Part shown: positions 1-15,165 of the stretch, piece by piece
How the letters are laid out: the number at the start of each line of letters is the position of its first letter
Position numbering within the stretch: position 1 is the stretch's first letter
Assembly (NCBI RefSeq): GCF_009914755.1
Contig: NC_060939.1
Reading direction: 5' to 3' (one strand)
DNA from: the human T2T-CHM13v2.0 reference genome, Homo sapiens
Length of the DNA: 64,000 bases
The notes under the pieces: model-generated
Told to the model about the DNA's origin: nothing
The model's database searches: none
What the model saw: the letters and a program-made list of their open reading frames with translations, nothing else
Position numbers and translations under genes: made by a program

Positions 1-71
1 TTCTTGATTATAAATAATATATTCATTGTAGAAAATTTGGAAAAAAGAGAAAAGTATAAAGAAGAAAATTA

Positions 72-500
<429 letters not shown>

Positions 501-1426
501 TCAGAGTGAGTGCTATCCTCTCCAATGTTGTAAAGGAAAGCTTTATTCTAATTCCAATAATAGTTCCATTGTAAAGTCCTATCTCCAGAACCTTAAGCAC
601 ACTCTTGAAAATCCTAAAAGGAATGTTCAGAATCAAATCAAAAATCGTTCAGAACCAGTACAAGACTTTACCATGAAAAAAAAAAATAAAGATGACTTAA
701 GTGGTTCATACCCAGGTCTAAAAATAATTCCAAAGAAAGTACTAAAAAAGTTTTTTCAAGATGGCAAGATGGCAGAAGAGCAGTGCCTCCAGGGTAACTA
801 ATTTGAAGAGATTTCCCATGATTCATTTGCTTACAGTTAATTTTAAGGGTGAACTTTTAAAACAAAGTCTCATCATTTTTCTCATACTCTTATTCCTTAT
901 TTTTTTCCTCTTCCCCTTTTTCTCTTACAAGACAATCTCCTCCATCAAATTATGCCTTCTATACACACATACACCCACACACACAGATAGAGATCAACAC
1001 ATATTTATTTAATTTTTGACCACAACATTCACATTTAGACAACTGTCAGAGTATCCATTTTTTTGGCTCTACAATATTAGGTCCTGGGTTAAAAAGAGAA
1101 GCAAGTAAGTCTGACTCAAGGAACTCAATTTCATAGAAAGTAATGTTAATATAATTCTACATTATCCTAGAGTTCTACCCATCCTAGAGGTTAGGAAACT
1201 GGGGTCCAGAAACATGAAGCCATTTTCCAAGAGAACACGGGTAAAGACAGACCTGATTAGAACTGTCTTCATTAACGATTCTCCTCTAACAAATTTGATA
1301 TTGTTTTATTTTCTGTAACATTAGAGTCAAATTTGTATTTAATCATCATTTAGTTTAGAAAAACAATTTTATTTAAGGCATTAGCCATCTGCTTTCTCAG
1401 GAGAGCAGCCCAAGTATCACAGATAG

Positions 1427-1743
<317 letters not shown>

Positions 1744-3041
1744 AGGTACACATTTCTTAGCCACTGCTCTGTACAGCAGGTGCAAATGATTCCTTGAATT
1801 GGAATCTGAGATTTCTGCCATGGAATCCTGTTACAAGTAACAAGGGGGATACATGTTAATAAATGATCAATTCTTTACATTTATAATGGGAAAACAGAAA
1901 ACTACAACAGAAAGAATTATTGTTTCTACTATTAAGATTCCACTAATCCTCCTCCATCTGCATTACTGGGGATTGAACTATAATAGATAGATTGAAAATA
2001 AACTCTCAGGGCTTTTGAAATCCAGTCTCTACAATTATTGCTTACCACTGGGGGATCAAAGTCACAACTCTGTAACATTTGTTTAATCTAATCCCTCTTT
2101 CACTAATTAAAAACAGTAAAAGATCACAGCATTTCTCTTCCTTGCTCTCTCCTCCACGGTGGTAATTGTTAAAAGACCCACTGAATACTCAAGAGTTACC
2201 AGCATGGACTGAACTCCACACAGCACTTGTTAGTGCTCAGGTGATAAAGCTGGGGCAGGGCCTTAGTGGTAACATTAAACTGACACTTTAAACAAGGTCA
2301 CTGTACATAATACTACCTTCTCATGTGAAACAGTGACACCCTAGCCTGAAACAAACAAACAAACAAACAAAAAACAACTCATCAGGCTTCTACTTACCAT
2401 CTTCTTTTCCTTGCCCTTAAAACCAACTCTTACTTACCCAGTGCCTCTCAATTTAAGGCACAGTCCTGAGTATGATGCCTAGATCATCTAGGCTTGCAAT
2501 TAGGTTATTTGATGTACCAGACAAATTGAAAGAGAAGACAATCTCACTGGAGACCAAAGAGGAGGTGTGGCAGGAGCAATCAACTTTCAAAATTTGTCAC
2601 ATTTGGCAAAAAGCATTGACCCAGTTTCTCCTTTCATGATGACAATAAAGGGACATTATCAAATTATAAATGACACATCCAAATGGATGATTTCCACAGC
2701 CACAAACCAGACTCTGATAGGACTGTGGGTAACTCAACTAAGCAGCTGAGATTTTATCTACATCCCTTTCCTTGAGCTACAGCCAAACTTTGAGGTTAAG
2801 GAAATTTAAGAAAAGACGGTATAGACAAGGAAAATTTCTATGACTGGAGATATCTAAAAAGCGCCACCCAAATGTAAAGGCAGTCCTAACCACTTCATTT
2901 CCTGGCCCATGAGAAGTCGTACCTTTAATGCATAGCGGAAACTGTGACTTCCCTAGAAGTTTGACCATCACAATGAATCCAATGGTATCTGGGAATTTCC
3001 TCTAGGGTAGAGCTTAGCACATGCAACCAGATCCTTCAGCT

Positions 3042-3278
3042 CAGTGTTTCTCAACCATTTTCAGTACAGCCGCCCCACCAGGAACCTTTTAAGACATTTT
3101 CCCCCTAATTTTGACACACCATCCCACTGAAATATTAATACTACAGATACACTGTATATGTGTTTATGTATTGCACATTTATTTGTGCCTTATAGATAAA
3201 AAGAGTAAAGATTTTTTGCCCCTCAAGAATTAATGTTCACCCCTTTGGAGCAATAATGTCCCTGTTTCTTCTGCATGC
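3042..3278. mobile_element. hAT-Charlie non-autonomous DNA transposon relic (MER112-like)
   Basis: Starts cagtgtttctcaacc; internal similarity to a recalled hAT MITE consensus; family name uncertain. Confidence 0.55.
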
Positions 3279-3282
3279 TTTG

Positions 3283-3662
3283 CACCATTCACAATAGCAA
3301 AGATGGGGAATCAACCCAGGTGCCTATCAACGGTGGATTAGACAAAGAAAACATGGTACATGTACACCATGGAATACTACACAGCCATAAAAAAGAACAA
3401 AATCATGTCCTTTACAGCAGCATGGGTGCAGCTGGAGGCCATTATCCTAAGTGAATTAAGGCAGGAACAGAAAACCAAACACGATATGTTCTCACAAGTG
3501 GGAGCTAAACACTGAGTGCACATGGACAAAAAGATTGGAACAGTAGACACTGAGACTTCAAAGTGGGAGGGAGGGGGGCAAGGATTGAAAAACGATCTAT
3601 GGGGCAATGGAATAATTAGACTTCCTGTACATGTACCCCCAATTCTAAAATAAAAATAAAAA
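3283..3662 (+). mobile_element. L1 3' fragment (L1PB-like)
   Basis: ORF2 C-terminal/3'UTR motifs (cacaatagcaaaga...atggaatactacacagccataaaaaagaa) ending in an A-rich tail. Confidence 0.85.
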
Positions 3663-5764
3663 TTTTTTTAAATGCACACTTTGGCTTAATGAAACAAGAC
3701 ACTGGTGGAGCCAAGGATATAAAACTAAGTTCTAAGTTAATATAGAAGTTATATCTATCAGGAAAATTTAAAAATCTCTTTCTAGAATAATAATTTGCCT
3801 ATACTATAGTTATAGTACTGTAATTTAACCTGTTTGCCTTAAATCTGATATTAAGTAACAAAAAGACATTAACAGCACCTACTATTCTTACAAATAAGAA
3901 TTAAAATTCAAACCGAAGAGAATAATAACCTGTTGTGACTCCAAGGAAAATAATTAAAAATAAATATAAATTATCTTTCATTTATAAGGAATGCACGAGT
4001 TTTAAATTAACTATCTATCCTTAGCTGTACTTTGTTAAGTGCAAAGACCGTGGGATAAAGCATCTCCATCATTCCAGATGATCTAAATTATTTAAAAAGA
4101 TCTATTTAAAAGAAATAAGCCAGAAAGCCCAAAATCTCAGCTATCATCATCATTTCCACACAGTCTCATTAAAATCTTACTCACGTCAGAGAGCACCTAG
4201 GCTAAGGGAGTTCTGTAGCCAATGAACTCATCTGGCTTGGCCAGTGATTTCCCATGCAACTTAGGTAAATTAACACTCTGTGCTCATTTCTCCAACTGCC
4301 CAGTAATATAAACCAACACACTGTCATGGAAAAACATATAACAGTCTTAATCAGGAGACCTATCATGTGGTCTCACGTTGGCTACAAACTCACTGTGTGA
4401 ATATGAGCATGTTACTCTTCCTCTTTGGGTCCTGTTTTTCCCCACCTGTAAAAGGAAGAAGCCAAACCAGATGCATGCATGGAGATTCTATGTTCTAAAT
4501 GCTTTCATCAGGCTAATCACATACACTATCATGCCAAACAAAATAATGCTCCTTATTAAGTTTCATAAAACACAAGAACATGTAATCTGGGTGAACCTAA
4601 CTAGTAGAGGACCTAGTAAAAATATTATATAGATAAATACTGGGAAGAAAAACATGATTGCTTTTCAAAATAACAGACTCAAAAGTTTAGGCCAAGTACT
4701 TCTCAACTTGAATTAGGTACAACTGTCATTAATGAGAATTCACTGTAGGCTTTTTGAATCATATCTACTTTTTGCCTAGATCATCTCTTAATATAAAGTA
4801 CTCCATAGATTACTGCCTGCTCTGTTCAGTAAGGCCTTCATTTTATTTGTAAATGGTAAAACCATTTTAAGATTTAGGGAATGTCTCTGAGTTATAGCAA
4901 TCTGGAATTTGGGAAATCAGGTCCATATCTGCCTTATACATACCCTGTAATACAGATTCCAGCTAAATCTCTTCTCAGCTCTGGTTTGTCCACACTTATT
5001 TATTATATTAGACAATTCCCATTCTTCCCATCCCCTTGGTCATTTCAGTCTCCCTGAGGTAAACCTTTCCCAATTCTGTTGGAACTTTCTTCACCTCCTA
5101 GGGAGACTAGGAAAAAGAGTCATCAAAATGAAAGCTAGTAACAAGGTAGAAGCAAGGGAAAATACATCATTGACAGATAAAATTTTCACCACTGTTCTCA
5201 GCATTATGACACAAAGTAAAATACATATCCTTTCCTTGTTTAAGTGCTTAAGCTACCAGCATAAAAATATATTCTATCTGCTAAGAATGAACAAAACAGT
5301 TCTTGGATTTCTCTATGCAATTAATTGCTTCTAGGACTGCTTCACAAGGTGCTGTTATTTAAAGCATTCCGCCAAAAAGGGTGGATGATCCTGGCAAGGA
5401 TGCTATAGAAGCCATTCCTGTACTGGATGAATAGACTAGCTCAAAAGTTCCTAACAGTTTCTACCCAGTGCAGTTGAGGGCACATCTACCAACCACTTAG
5501 CAATAGCACTTAATAGTTAAGTGATTCTCAATGGGAGCCAGGCAATCAACGTCTTCAGAGGGCTTGTATAGCATGTGATATGTATTTCCATACCCCCCTG
5601 GGTCTCAGTTGAGAATCACTAGATTAAATCATTCCTAAAATCTCTGAATATAGGAGCCTACTGATATTCTCACACAAACTATTTGAAGGCAAGTGTCTTA
5701 ATTTTTAGCAAGTTCAATATATAGACAACCATTCCAGCAATCTGAGTCTCAGTTTATTGAATTC

Positions 5765-6141
5765 CTCCATTTTATGGATGTTGTCCTCTACATTGCTGCA
5801 GCCATGTACTCCCAGGGTCATACCCAGACCTTATTATTACCAATAACCACAACCCCTCCATCATCTCAACTTCATGCATCACCTATTTTTCCAAGTCCCT
5901 CTCAGTTCCTATAGTACCTTAACCCAATTATCCTTCAACTGCACCAGGACTCAAAACTACCATCTTTTTACTGACCCACTCCAATTGACTTCCACTCTCC
6001 TCTTTTTAGCTTAAATTCCATGGTCAATCATTATAATTAATCTCTTATATATACTACTGAATCCCTTGCCTCTCTCTTGCTGTGATACATTTGCTTAGCA
6101 AAAGCAGAACTGATTACTACATGCATGCACGCGCACGCGCG

Positions 6142-6201
<60 letters not shown>

Positions 6202-8168
6202 CCACCCATGCTGCCTGACTTTAGTTTTATAATACCAAATTTCAAGTTGGGTCCCTTAATGCTGCCTGGCAAATCATACTTCACATCTCTAGGTTCATTT
6301 ACTCTTTCTCTCTCCCCTAAATGACTGTTTCACATTTTCTCCTCTCTCCTCAAATCCTAACGCTACCTCCTCCCTTCTGCCCTCTCAACTGACATCCTGG
6401 CCTCCTACTTCACTGAGAAAATTTATGCAATCAGAAGAAACTTCCACAGATTCTCATGACACATCTCCCCACTGAGCCACATTTGCATCCACAAACCCCC
6501 TTTCCCATGTCTTTCTAGGTTTATTTTCCTCCTCCTGTGCAAAGCCAGTCCCTCCACTTGTACACTGGAGCCCATCCCTTCTACCTACTCAAGGAAGTCA
6601 CTCTGGCAAGTTTCCCTTCTCTCTCCTACTTCATCCATTTTTCACCCTCTATTGGAACTTTTCCAACAGCTTATGAACGCGCTGCTCTTGTTCTCATCTC
6701 AAACAATAAAAATCTCCACCACATTTTTCTCTCCAGCTCTCACCTATTTCTTTGCTCCCCTTTCCTGCAAAATTTTCAAGAGTGTTTTATAATCACTATC
6801 TTCAATTTTTCTCTTTCAACCTATTTCACTGAAACTGCTCTTCAAGGTCACTAATGCTAAATCCAAGGGTCAACTCTCTGTTCTCATCCTACTTGACCTA
6901 TGAGCAGCATTGGCATAGCTGACCACTCCTTCCACCTTGAAACACTCTTCACTTTTGCTTCCCGAATAAGACTCCACTATCTTGGTTTTCCTACCTCATT
7001 GACCTTTCTTCCTCAGTCTCCTTTACTGGTTCCTTCTCTTCTCTCTGTCTCTTGATGTTGCAATGTCCCTGGGCTGAGTCCTTGGTCTTCTTTAAGTACT
7101 GCATTCACTCCCTTGGTGATCTCATCAAGGCTCAAGGTTTTAAATGCCTTTCTCCCCAAACTCCAAAATCTCTCCAACTGGCTACCTGCTATCTCCACTT
7201 GGAAGACTAACAGCCACTTGGAGGTCTCAGTAGCCATGTCAAACTCAACATGTCCAAAAATGAACTACTGATAGGTGACCCTGTTAGCTTCATCTTGTAG
7301 CTGCCTCATTTCAGTTGATGGCAACTAATCTTTCAAGTGTTCAGGCCCAAATCCTGTTGTCTTCCTTGACTGATCTCTTTTTCTCATATCTCATATCTAA
7401 ACTATCAGGAAACCATGCTGGCTCTACCTCACAATATACCTAGAATTCGACCTTTTCTTACCCCTTTCATTGCCCCAGCCCCAATCTGAGCCATCACTCT
7501 CTTTCATTTGGAATATTGTAATAGGCCCCTAAGAGATCTTGGTTGCTCTTCACCCTCATCATCTACTCTCCACAGAGCAGCCAGAGTGATCTTTTTAGAC
7601 TTTGTCAGATCATGTCACTTTCCCATTCAACAACCTGCAACAGTCCCCTAGTTTACTCTGAGTAAATGTCAAAGTTATTATGATGGCCTTCAAAGCCCCA
7701 AATAATCTAGCCCTTCGTTACCTCTCTGACCTCTCCTGCTCAGCCAGCAAGCGTCCTGATATCCTTCAAATGCACCAGGCGTGCTCTCACCTTAGGGCCT
7801 TTGCTATAGCTGTTCCCTGTCCCTGGTATGTTCTTCTCCCAGATATCCACATGGTGAAACACCTCATCTCCTTGCTCAAATCTCAAGAAGACCTACCTTG
7901 AACCACCTTATTTAACATTGCAATCTACAAAGCAATCTCAATGTCCCTAACTCTGCTTTATTATTTTCCCAAATCACTTATCATCTCCTAATACACTATA
8001 TAACATACTAATTGCTTGTATTGTTTATTGACTATAGTCTCCCACCAGAATGAAAGCTCCTAAGGACAGACATTTTTGTTTAATTTGTTCACTGATATAT
8101 CCCAAACACACAGACCAATACTTTGCACAGAGCAAGTACTTAAGAAATATTTTTTGTATGAATGAATC
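5765..8168 (+). mobile_element. Long L2 (L2a-like) LINE relic
   Basis: Pyrimidine-rich L2 RT-region motifs (cttgacctatgagcagcattgg, aaactcaacatgtccaaaa, cacagagcagccagagtgatc) and the L2 3' end tgaatgaat. Confidence 0.8.
6118..6198. repeat. Compound (GC)7-(AC)24 microsatellite within an 81-bp alternating purine/pyrimidine tract
   Basis: Read directly. Confidence 0.95.
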
Positions 8169-8489
8169 AACACTTGAAACCGGAGCCTAAATTATGGACT
8201 AGAGAGATCTGAGGCCAGCAGAAGAAAACTCAAATGGCCCAGATACACTCAGCACCTAAATTATGCTCCCAGATAATCAGGTACTTATAAAAGCTGTATT
8301 ATTTCTTTCAGATCTTAAGAAGGACTGTCACAGCACTGCTGACCTTTGCGAGATACTAGACCATACTAGAAACAAGTACAGAGGAGTTATGAGAAGGAAC
8401 GTCCACTATTTTCACCTTTCCCTATAGATGACTCCATATTAAACATAGTCCTTCCTGTCTTCTTTCTCTGACTTGAAAAGTCACTTTTC

Positions 8490-8795
8490 TTTTTCTTTTC
8501 TTTTTTTTTTTTTTTTGAGCAGTCTCACTCTGTTGCCCAGGCTGGAGTGCAGTGGCGCGATCTCAGCTCACTGCAGCCTCTGCCTTCTGAATTAAAGTGA
8601 TTCTTGTGCCTCAGCCTCCCAAGTAGCTGGGATTACAGTCATGCACCACCACGCCTAGCTAACTTTTGTATTTTTTGTAGAGATGAGGTTTCACCATGTT
8701 GGCCAGACTGGTCTCAAACTCCTGGCCTCGACTGATCTGCCCAACTTGGCCTCCGAAAGTGCTGGGATTACAGGCATGAGCCACCGCACCTGGCC
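8490..8795 (-). mobile_element. Alu (AluS-like)
   Basis: TSD aaaagtcacttttc 8476-8489 / 8796-8809. Confidence 0.95.
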
Positions 8796-8942
8796 AAAAG
8801 TCACTTTTCAATACTACATAATTTAGGAATTAGAGAAAGCAAGGTCAGGCAAGGGGCTAATGTGGCTTTCAAAATGCTGAATTTATTCCCATGGATTAAA
8901 CACAGACTCTTACAAGTTAGAACTAGAAGACTATCATTTATG

Positions 8943-9215
8943 TCAGTGGTTGTCAACCATGGCTGTATATTTGAATCCCGGAGGCACTTAAAAAATACTG
9001 TAGCTGACACTCCCTTGGGTGAGGCTCAGGTAGCATAGGTTTTAAAAGCTTCCCAGGTGACTAAAGTTCCCAGGTGATTCCAATGTGCAAACACGTTTGA
9101 GAACTGATGAGCTATATGACCTTGGGCAAATTACTTGGCTCCACTGAGCCTAACTCATATGGCTTTTGTGAGGATTAAATAAGATTTTGCACGTATACTA
9201 TCAGCTGCTATTAGT
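8943..9215. mobile_element. MER5-like hAT relic followed by a MIR fragment
   Basis: cagtggttgtcaacc...ttgagaac termini; MIR core tgaccttgggcaaattactt...gtgaggattaaat. Confidence 0.65.
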
Positions 9216-9309
9216 ATCACTGCCACTTCTCCCTTTTCTATCATCACCACCACCTTTTCTACTATTACCATTATTATCATCATTGGTGGTATCATTTCCT
9301 TCTTTTCTT

Positions 9310-10635
9310 TCTTTTTATTGAGATTTAATTTACATATCATAAAATCCAGCCTTTTAAAAATGTATGATTCAGTGGTTTTTAGTATATTCACAAAGTTGTG
9401 CAACCATCATCACCATTTAATTCCAGAACATTTTCACCACCCCAGAAAGAAATACCATACCCATGAGCAACCTCTCCTCCCATACCCTGGGAACCACTAA
9501 TCTACTTTCTATCTTTATGAATTTAACTATTCTGGATATTTCATATGAATGAAATCCTATAATATGTAGCCTCTCGTGTCGGGCTTTTTTCACTTAGCAT
9601 AATGTTTTTGAAGTTGATCCACATTGTAGCATATATTCATGCTTCATTTTTATGATTGAATAACAGTCCATTGTATGGATATACCACATTTTGTTTTCAG
9701 CAGTTTTTCTCACTTTTTGGCATTTATGAATAATACTGCTATGAACACTTATACACACTATTTTGTGTGCCCATGTTTCCAGTTCTCTTCGGTATATAGC
9801 TAGGAGTGGAACTGCTGGGTCATATGGTAATTCTATGTTTAACTTTTTGAGCAACTACTAAACTCTCTAAAGTGGCTGCAGCACCATTTTATATTCCCAC
9901 CATCAGTGCACAAGGTTTCTAATTTCTCCATATCCTCACCAACATTTGTTATTATCTTTCTGACCCTAGCCATCCTAGTAAGTGTGAAGTGGTATTTCAT
10001 TGTTGTGATTTGCATTTTCCTGGTGACTAATGATGACAAGCATCTTTTCTTTTTTTTTTTAATACGAATTGGGGTCTCACTCTGTTGCCCAGGCTGGAGT
10101 ACAGTGGCACAATCTTAGATCATCACAGCACTGAACTCTAGGCTCAAGTGATCCTTCCTGCTTCAGCCTCCCCAATAGCTGGGACTACAGGTCCGGTTGA
10201 TTTTTAGAATTTTTTTGTAGAGACAGAGTTCTCACTATGTTGCCCAGGTTGGTTTTGAATGCCTGACCTCAAACAATCCTCCTGCCTCAACCTCCCAAAG
10301 TGCTGGGATTTCGGGCGTGAGACACCATGCCTGGCCAACGTTAAGCATCTATTCATGTTCTTACTGGCCATTTGTGTATTTTCTTGCCTATCCAAATTCT
10401 TTACCATTTTTATACTGGATTAGTTGTCTTTTTATTATTAAGTTGTAAGAGTTCTTTATATATTCTAGATATATTCTGCTGATCCTCATAAGATACATGT
10501 TTTACAAATATTTTCCCTCATTTTGAGGGTTATCTTTTATCCTTCACTTTCCTGACAGTGTCCTTTGAAGTATGAACATTTTTAATTTTGATGAAGTCCA
10601 ATTTATCTATTTTTTTCCTTTGGTTGCTTGTGTAT
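9310..10635 (-). mobile_element. L1MB-like 3' fragment interrupted by an antisense AluJ (about 10045-10336)
   Basis: Antisense L1 ORF2 C-terminus/3'UTR (ORFs 9594..9854 and 9839..10039 are decayed ORF2); L1 resumes after the Alu. Confidence 0.85.
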
Positions 10636-12354
10636 TACTAACTTTTAAGAAGACACTAAAGGAAAAAAGTTATGAAGATATCCTATAACCAAGTAAGTTG
10701 TTCAGACTTATAATAATCACATATTAAATCATGAATTCCCATATAGATAACACATCCAATTTATCTGGGTGGAGGGCAGGAAGGAATGCAATTCATCTCT
10801 TACGTTTTTAATTACCTAGATTTTCAGATTAAATATTTGACCTTTGAATATCAATGTCCAAGAAACTGCAAAGAAATAAAACCTGAGTTAGATTTGTGTG
10901 TTTTCAGGGCCATTTGTTGCAACAGCTAGATGTTCATAATCCTTACAAGAGCTGGAATTGTTTTTTCAAATTGAGCATATTTAAATATTTTTAAAAGAGT
11001 TTCAAACAAATATTTTTCTGCAACTGTACAAAATTAGTGGCATGACATAACGTAAATGTTCTACTACTGCTCAATAAATACTAACTAGACAATACATAAT
11101 CCCAAATAATCAACTGGCATTATATAATTTCCCAATATAATAATCCCAAAGAATCAATTGTGATTACAGTAATTTTTCGAACCAAAACAACAACAAAAAT
11201 TGGTCATTATTAATGTCTTGAAAAAGGTAACCAATACCTCTATTTTTTTTTTTACTTTGTCAACCAACTTTTTAATTAAAAAAACTTTTTGGTTTAAAAA
11301 TTTTTATTAGTGGCAACAGTTGTACAACAATGTGAATGCACTTACTGCCACTGAAATGCATATTTTAAATGGTAAATCTTATGTATATTTAACCACATCT
11401 TATGTATATTTAACCACAATTTTAAAAAGAGAAAAGGGGAGAAAATAAAAAAGAAAAAAGAGTAGGAAAAACACAGACCCCTAAAACAAATAAACCAGTC
11501 TGAGCACCTGCTGGCAGACAACACTTGGACATTCAAGAAAAGCAGGCTGAGGAAGGCACAGTTCACTGGGCACACAGACGGATCACCAGCAAAGCAGGCT
11601 CTAAAAACAGCATAGGAGGTAGGTTACCCTGGAAGAGTAGTATGACCCACCATATATCCATAGAAAGCTTTGTCTCTAAAATAAGATGCAGGGCTCTAAA
11701 AGGATATCCTTCACACTTCCTAAGACCTGGGTTGCATCAAAATGTCATTCATTGTATCTTCATACCACATACACCAGGATCCTCTTAAACATGAAATTAA
11801 GCTAATTAATGGCAGTATTTTGTTTTTTGGTTAACAGCAAACTAATGCACCAGTACTGTCAAGAAAAAAAAAGAAAGCGAGGAAACCTCAGGGCAAAGAA
11901 CCATGAAAAAATCCACAATGTACCTCCTTGCTTTGCAGTTCTTTTAAGAATATTGTTTAGTGTCTAAAACAAGTAAAATGGCATTTTTTCAGGAAACACA
12001 TTTGACCACACTTCCAAAGTAATAAAGCATGTTTAGTCCAGCTTCTCAATTTACAACCATAAGTGTATATTACAAGGCAATAGTTCTTTAATATATGAAC
12101 TTGGGACACAGATTTTTCAAAAAGTGAATAAAGCCAAAGAAAATTTTGTGAAAATAGTTCTCATAAATATAACAAGCACCATTGAATATAATTTTATTCT
12201 AAATTGATCCAGTTTATGTTCCAAATCTTATTTTTATAGCCTTCCTATGGTAAATGCTCAACAAGGATTTGCTAAATAGATGAATGAGAAGGACCAAGCC
12301 TTAATTTGAATTTGTTCTGGTAACAGAGAGATAACCACATAAATGAAAATCTCC

Positions 12355-13060
12355 TTATTGTGGCTATGATTAAAAAGTCAGAAAATAACGGATGTTGGTG
12401 AGGTTGCAGAGGAAAGGGAAGTACTTATACACTGCTGGTGGGACTGTAAATTAGTTCAGCCACTGTGGAAAGCAGTTTAGAGACTTCTCAAAGAACTTAA
12501 AATAGAATTACTATTCAACCCAGCAATCCCATTACTCAGTATACACCCAAAGGAATGTAAATCATTCCACCAAAAAGACACATGAATGTGTATGTTCATC
12601 ACAGCACTATTCACAATAGCAAAGACACAGAATCAACCTACATGCCCATCAACAGTGGACTGGATTAAAAAAATGTGGTACACATACACCACGGAATACT
12701 ACATAGGCATAAAAACGAACAAAGTCATCTCCTTTGCAGCAACATGGACACAGCTGGAGGCCATAATCCTAAGTGAATTAAAAGCAGCAACAACAAAAAA
12801 CAAATTAACACATGCTCCCACTTATAAGTGGGAGCTAAACACTGAATACACATGGAGATAAAAAGAGGCCCAACAGACACTGGGGCCTTACTTGAGGGGA
12901 GACAGTAGGAGGAGGGTGAGGGTTGAAAAACTACCTATCAGGTACTATGCTCACTACCTGTGAGCTGGGTGACAAAATCATTTGCACACCAAACCCCAGC
13001 AACACACAATTTACCCATGTAACAAACCTGCACGTGTGCTCCTTGAACCTAAAATAAAGG
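12355..13060 (+). mobile_element. L1 3' fragment (L1PB-like)
   Basis: ORF 12586..12861 resembles the ORF2 C-terminus (MFITALFTIAKT...WIKKMW); 3'UTR motifs follow. Confidence 0.88.
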
Positions 13061-13066
13061 TTGGAG

Positions 13067-13419
<353 letters not shown>

Positions 13420-13765
13420 CTAGATTGCTACATCAATAAAATAGAATCTAGCACCCTTGCAATTCAATTTAACAGACACAATAAGATTCCTCCTAGAAAG
13501 AAAAAAGGAGGAAGGAGGATGGAGAGAGGGGAAGAAAAGGAGAGGAAGGAGTACCTTATTATGCCAGAAGGAGCTTCTCTAATGACGACAAGGGTTAGAT
13601 CAGACCTCAGGAAAGCTAAAGGGTGCCAATCTCACTTAACACTCAAGGGTCTACCAAAAATTGAAGTGAAATATTCTATTTTTATAAAACCGGTCTTCTA
13701 CTTGACCTTTATCACGGAAGATGGGGTAAGCTCACTGTAAAACATGATTTTTCATTTTGTGTGGT

Positions 13766-14065
13766 TTTGTTTGTTTGTTTGAAATGGAGTCTTGCTCTGT
13801 CGCCAGACTGGAGTGCAGTGGCGCGATCTCGGCTCACTGCAACCTCTGACTCCCTGGTTCAAGTGATTCTCCTGCCTCAGCCTCCTGAGTAGCTGGGATT
13901 ACAGGCACGTGCCATCACACCCAGCTAATTTTTGTATTTTTTTTTTTTAGCAGAGACGGGGTAGCACAATGTTGGCCAGGATGGTCTTGATCTCCTGACC
14001 TTGTGATCTGCCCACCTCAGGCTCCCAAAGTGCTGGGATTACAGGTGTGAGCCACCTCACCTGGC
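13766..14065 (-). mobile_element. Alu (AluSc-like)
   Basis: Antisense dimer; flanking repeat tgtaaaa(c/t)atgatttttc. Confidence 0.93.
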
Positions 14066-14181
14066 TGTAAAATATGATTTTTCTCATTCCCTTCTGTAGT
14101 GTCTCACTCAGCATACTTGTTGAGGCAGCCAAGAGATGTAAGACAGAAAAACCCTATACAGGAAGCAATTCCTAAAAGACT

Positions 14182-14615
14182 GTGTTAATGGACTGAATTG
14201 TATCCCCCACCAAATTCGTATGCTGAAGTCCTAACCTCCAGTATCTTAGAATGTGACCCTATTTGGAGACAGGTTGACTGCAGATATATTAAGATGAGGT
14301 CATACTGCAGTAGGTAGATCCCTACTTCAATGTGACTGTTGTGCTTATAAAAAGGGGAAAATGTGGACACAGACAGGCACCCAGGGAAAACTTCATGTGA
14401 AGGATGGAGTTATGCTGCCACAAGCTAAGGAACTACCAGAAGCTAGAAGAGAGGCCTGAAACAGATCCTTCCCCGGCACCTTCAGAGGGACCATGGCCCT
14501 GCCAACACCCTGATTTTGGACTTCTGGCTTTCAGAACTATGAGACAATGCATTCATGCTGTTCTATGTCATATGGTTTGTGGTACTTTGTTACCATAGCC
14601 CTAGGGAACCAATAC
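14182..14615 (+). mobile_element. MaLR solo LTR (MLT1B/C-like)
   Basis: tg...ggactgaattgtatcccc start; internal gaagtcctaacctccagt, ccctgccaacacc; end aaccaataca. Confidence 0.8.
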
Positions 14616-14961
14616 AGACAGTAAGAGGCCAGTGTGCACTACCCTCTTCAGATTGCACTCCAGATCCAGCCTTTTGTCTCATGGCCACTGCCACTACATT
14701 ACCCCGGGCCCCAGCACCTCACTCTTGAACTGCTGCAAAAGCTCTGGTCTCCCTTAACTTCAGACTCTATGTTGACTTTCTTCAATTGCCAAACCTCCCT
14801 GCACACCACCTTCTTTGCATCAACCCCTTATTTAAAAATCTCCAGTGACTCACCAATTTTTACAGGAAAAAGCCAAAACTCTCCTGACTGGCATTCAGGC
14901 CTCTCTCTAAGCTAGCTCCAAATGCTAGGTGATATTCTCTTAGTGACCCTAGAATACACAA

Positions 14962-15165
14962 CTTTTTTTTTTGAGACAGGGTCTTTCTCTGTTGCCCAGG
15001 CTGGTGTGCAGTGGCATGACCACAGCTCACTGCAGCCTTGACTTCTTGGGCTCAAGCAATTCTCCCTCCTCAGTTTCCCAAGTAGCAGGGACCACAGGCA
15101 CATACCACCATGCCCAGCTAATTTTTATGGAGATGGGCTCTTACCATGTTGTCCAGGCTGGTCAG
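14962..15165 (-). mobile_element. Partial AluJ
   Basis: Antisense right arm plus part of left arm. Confidence 0.85.
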
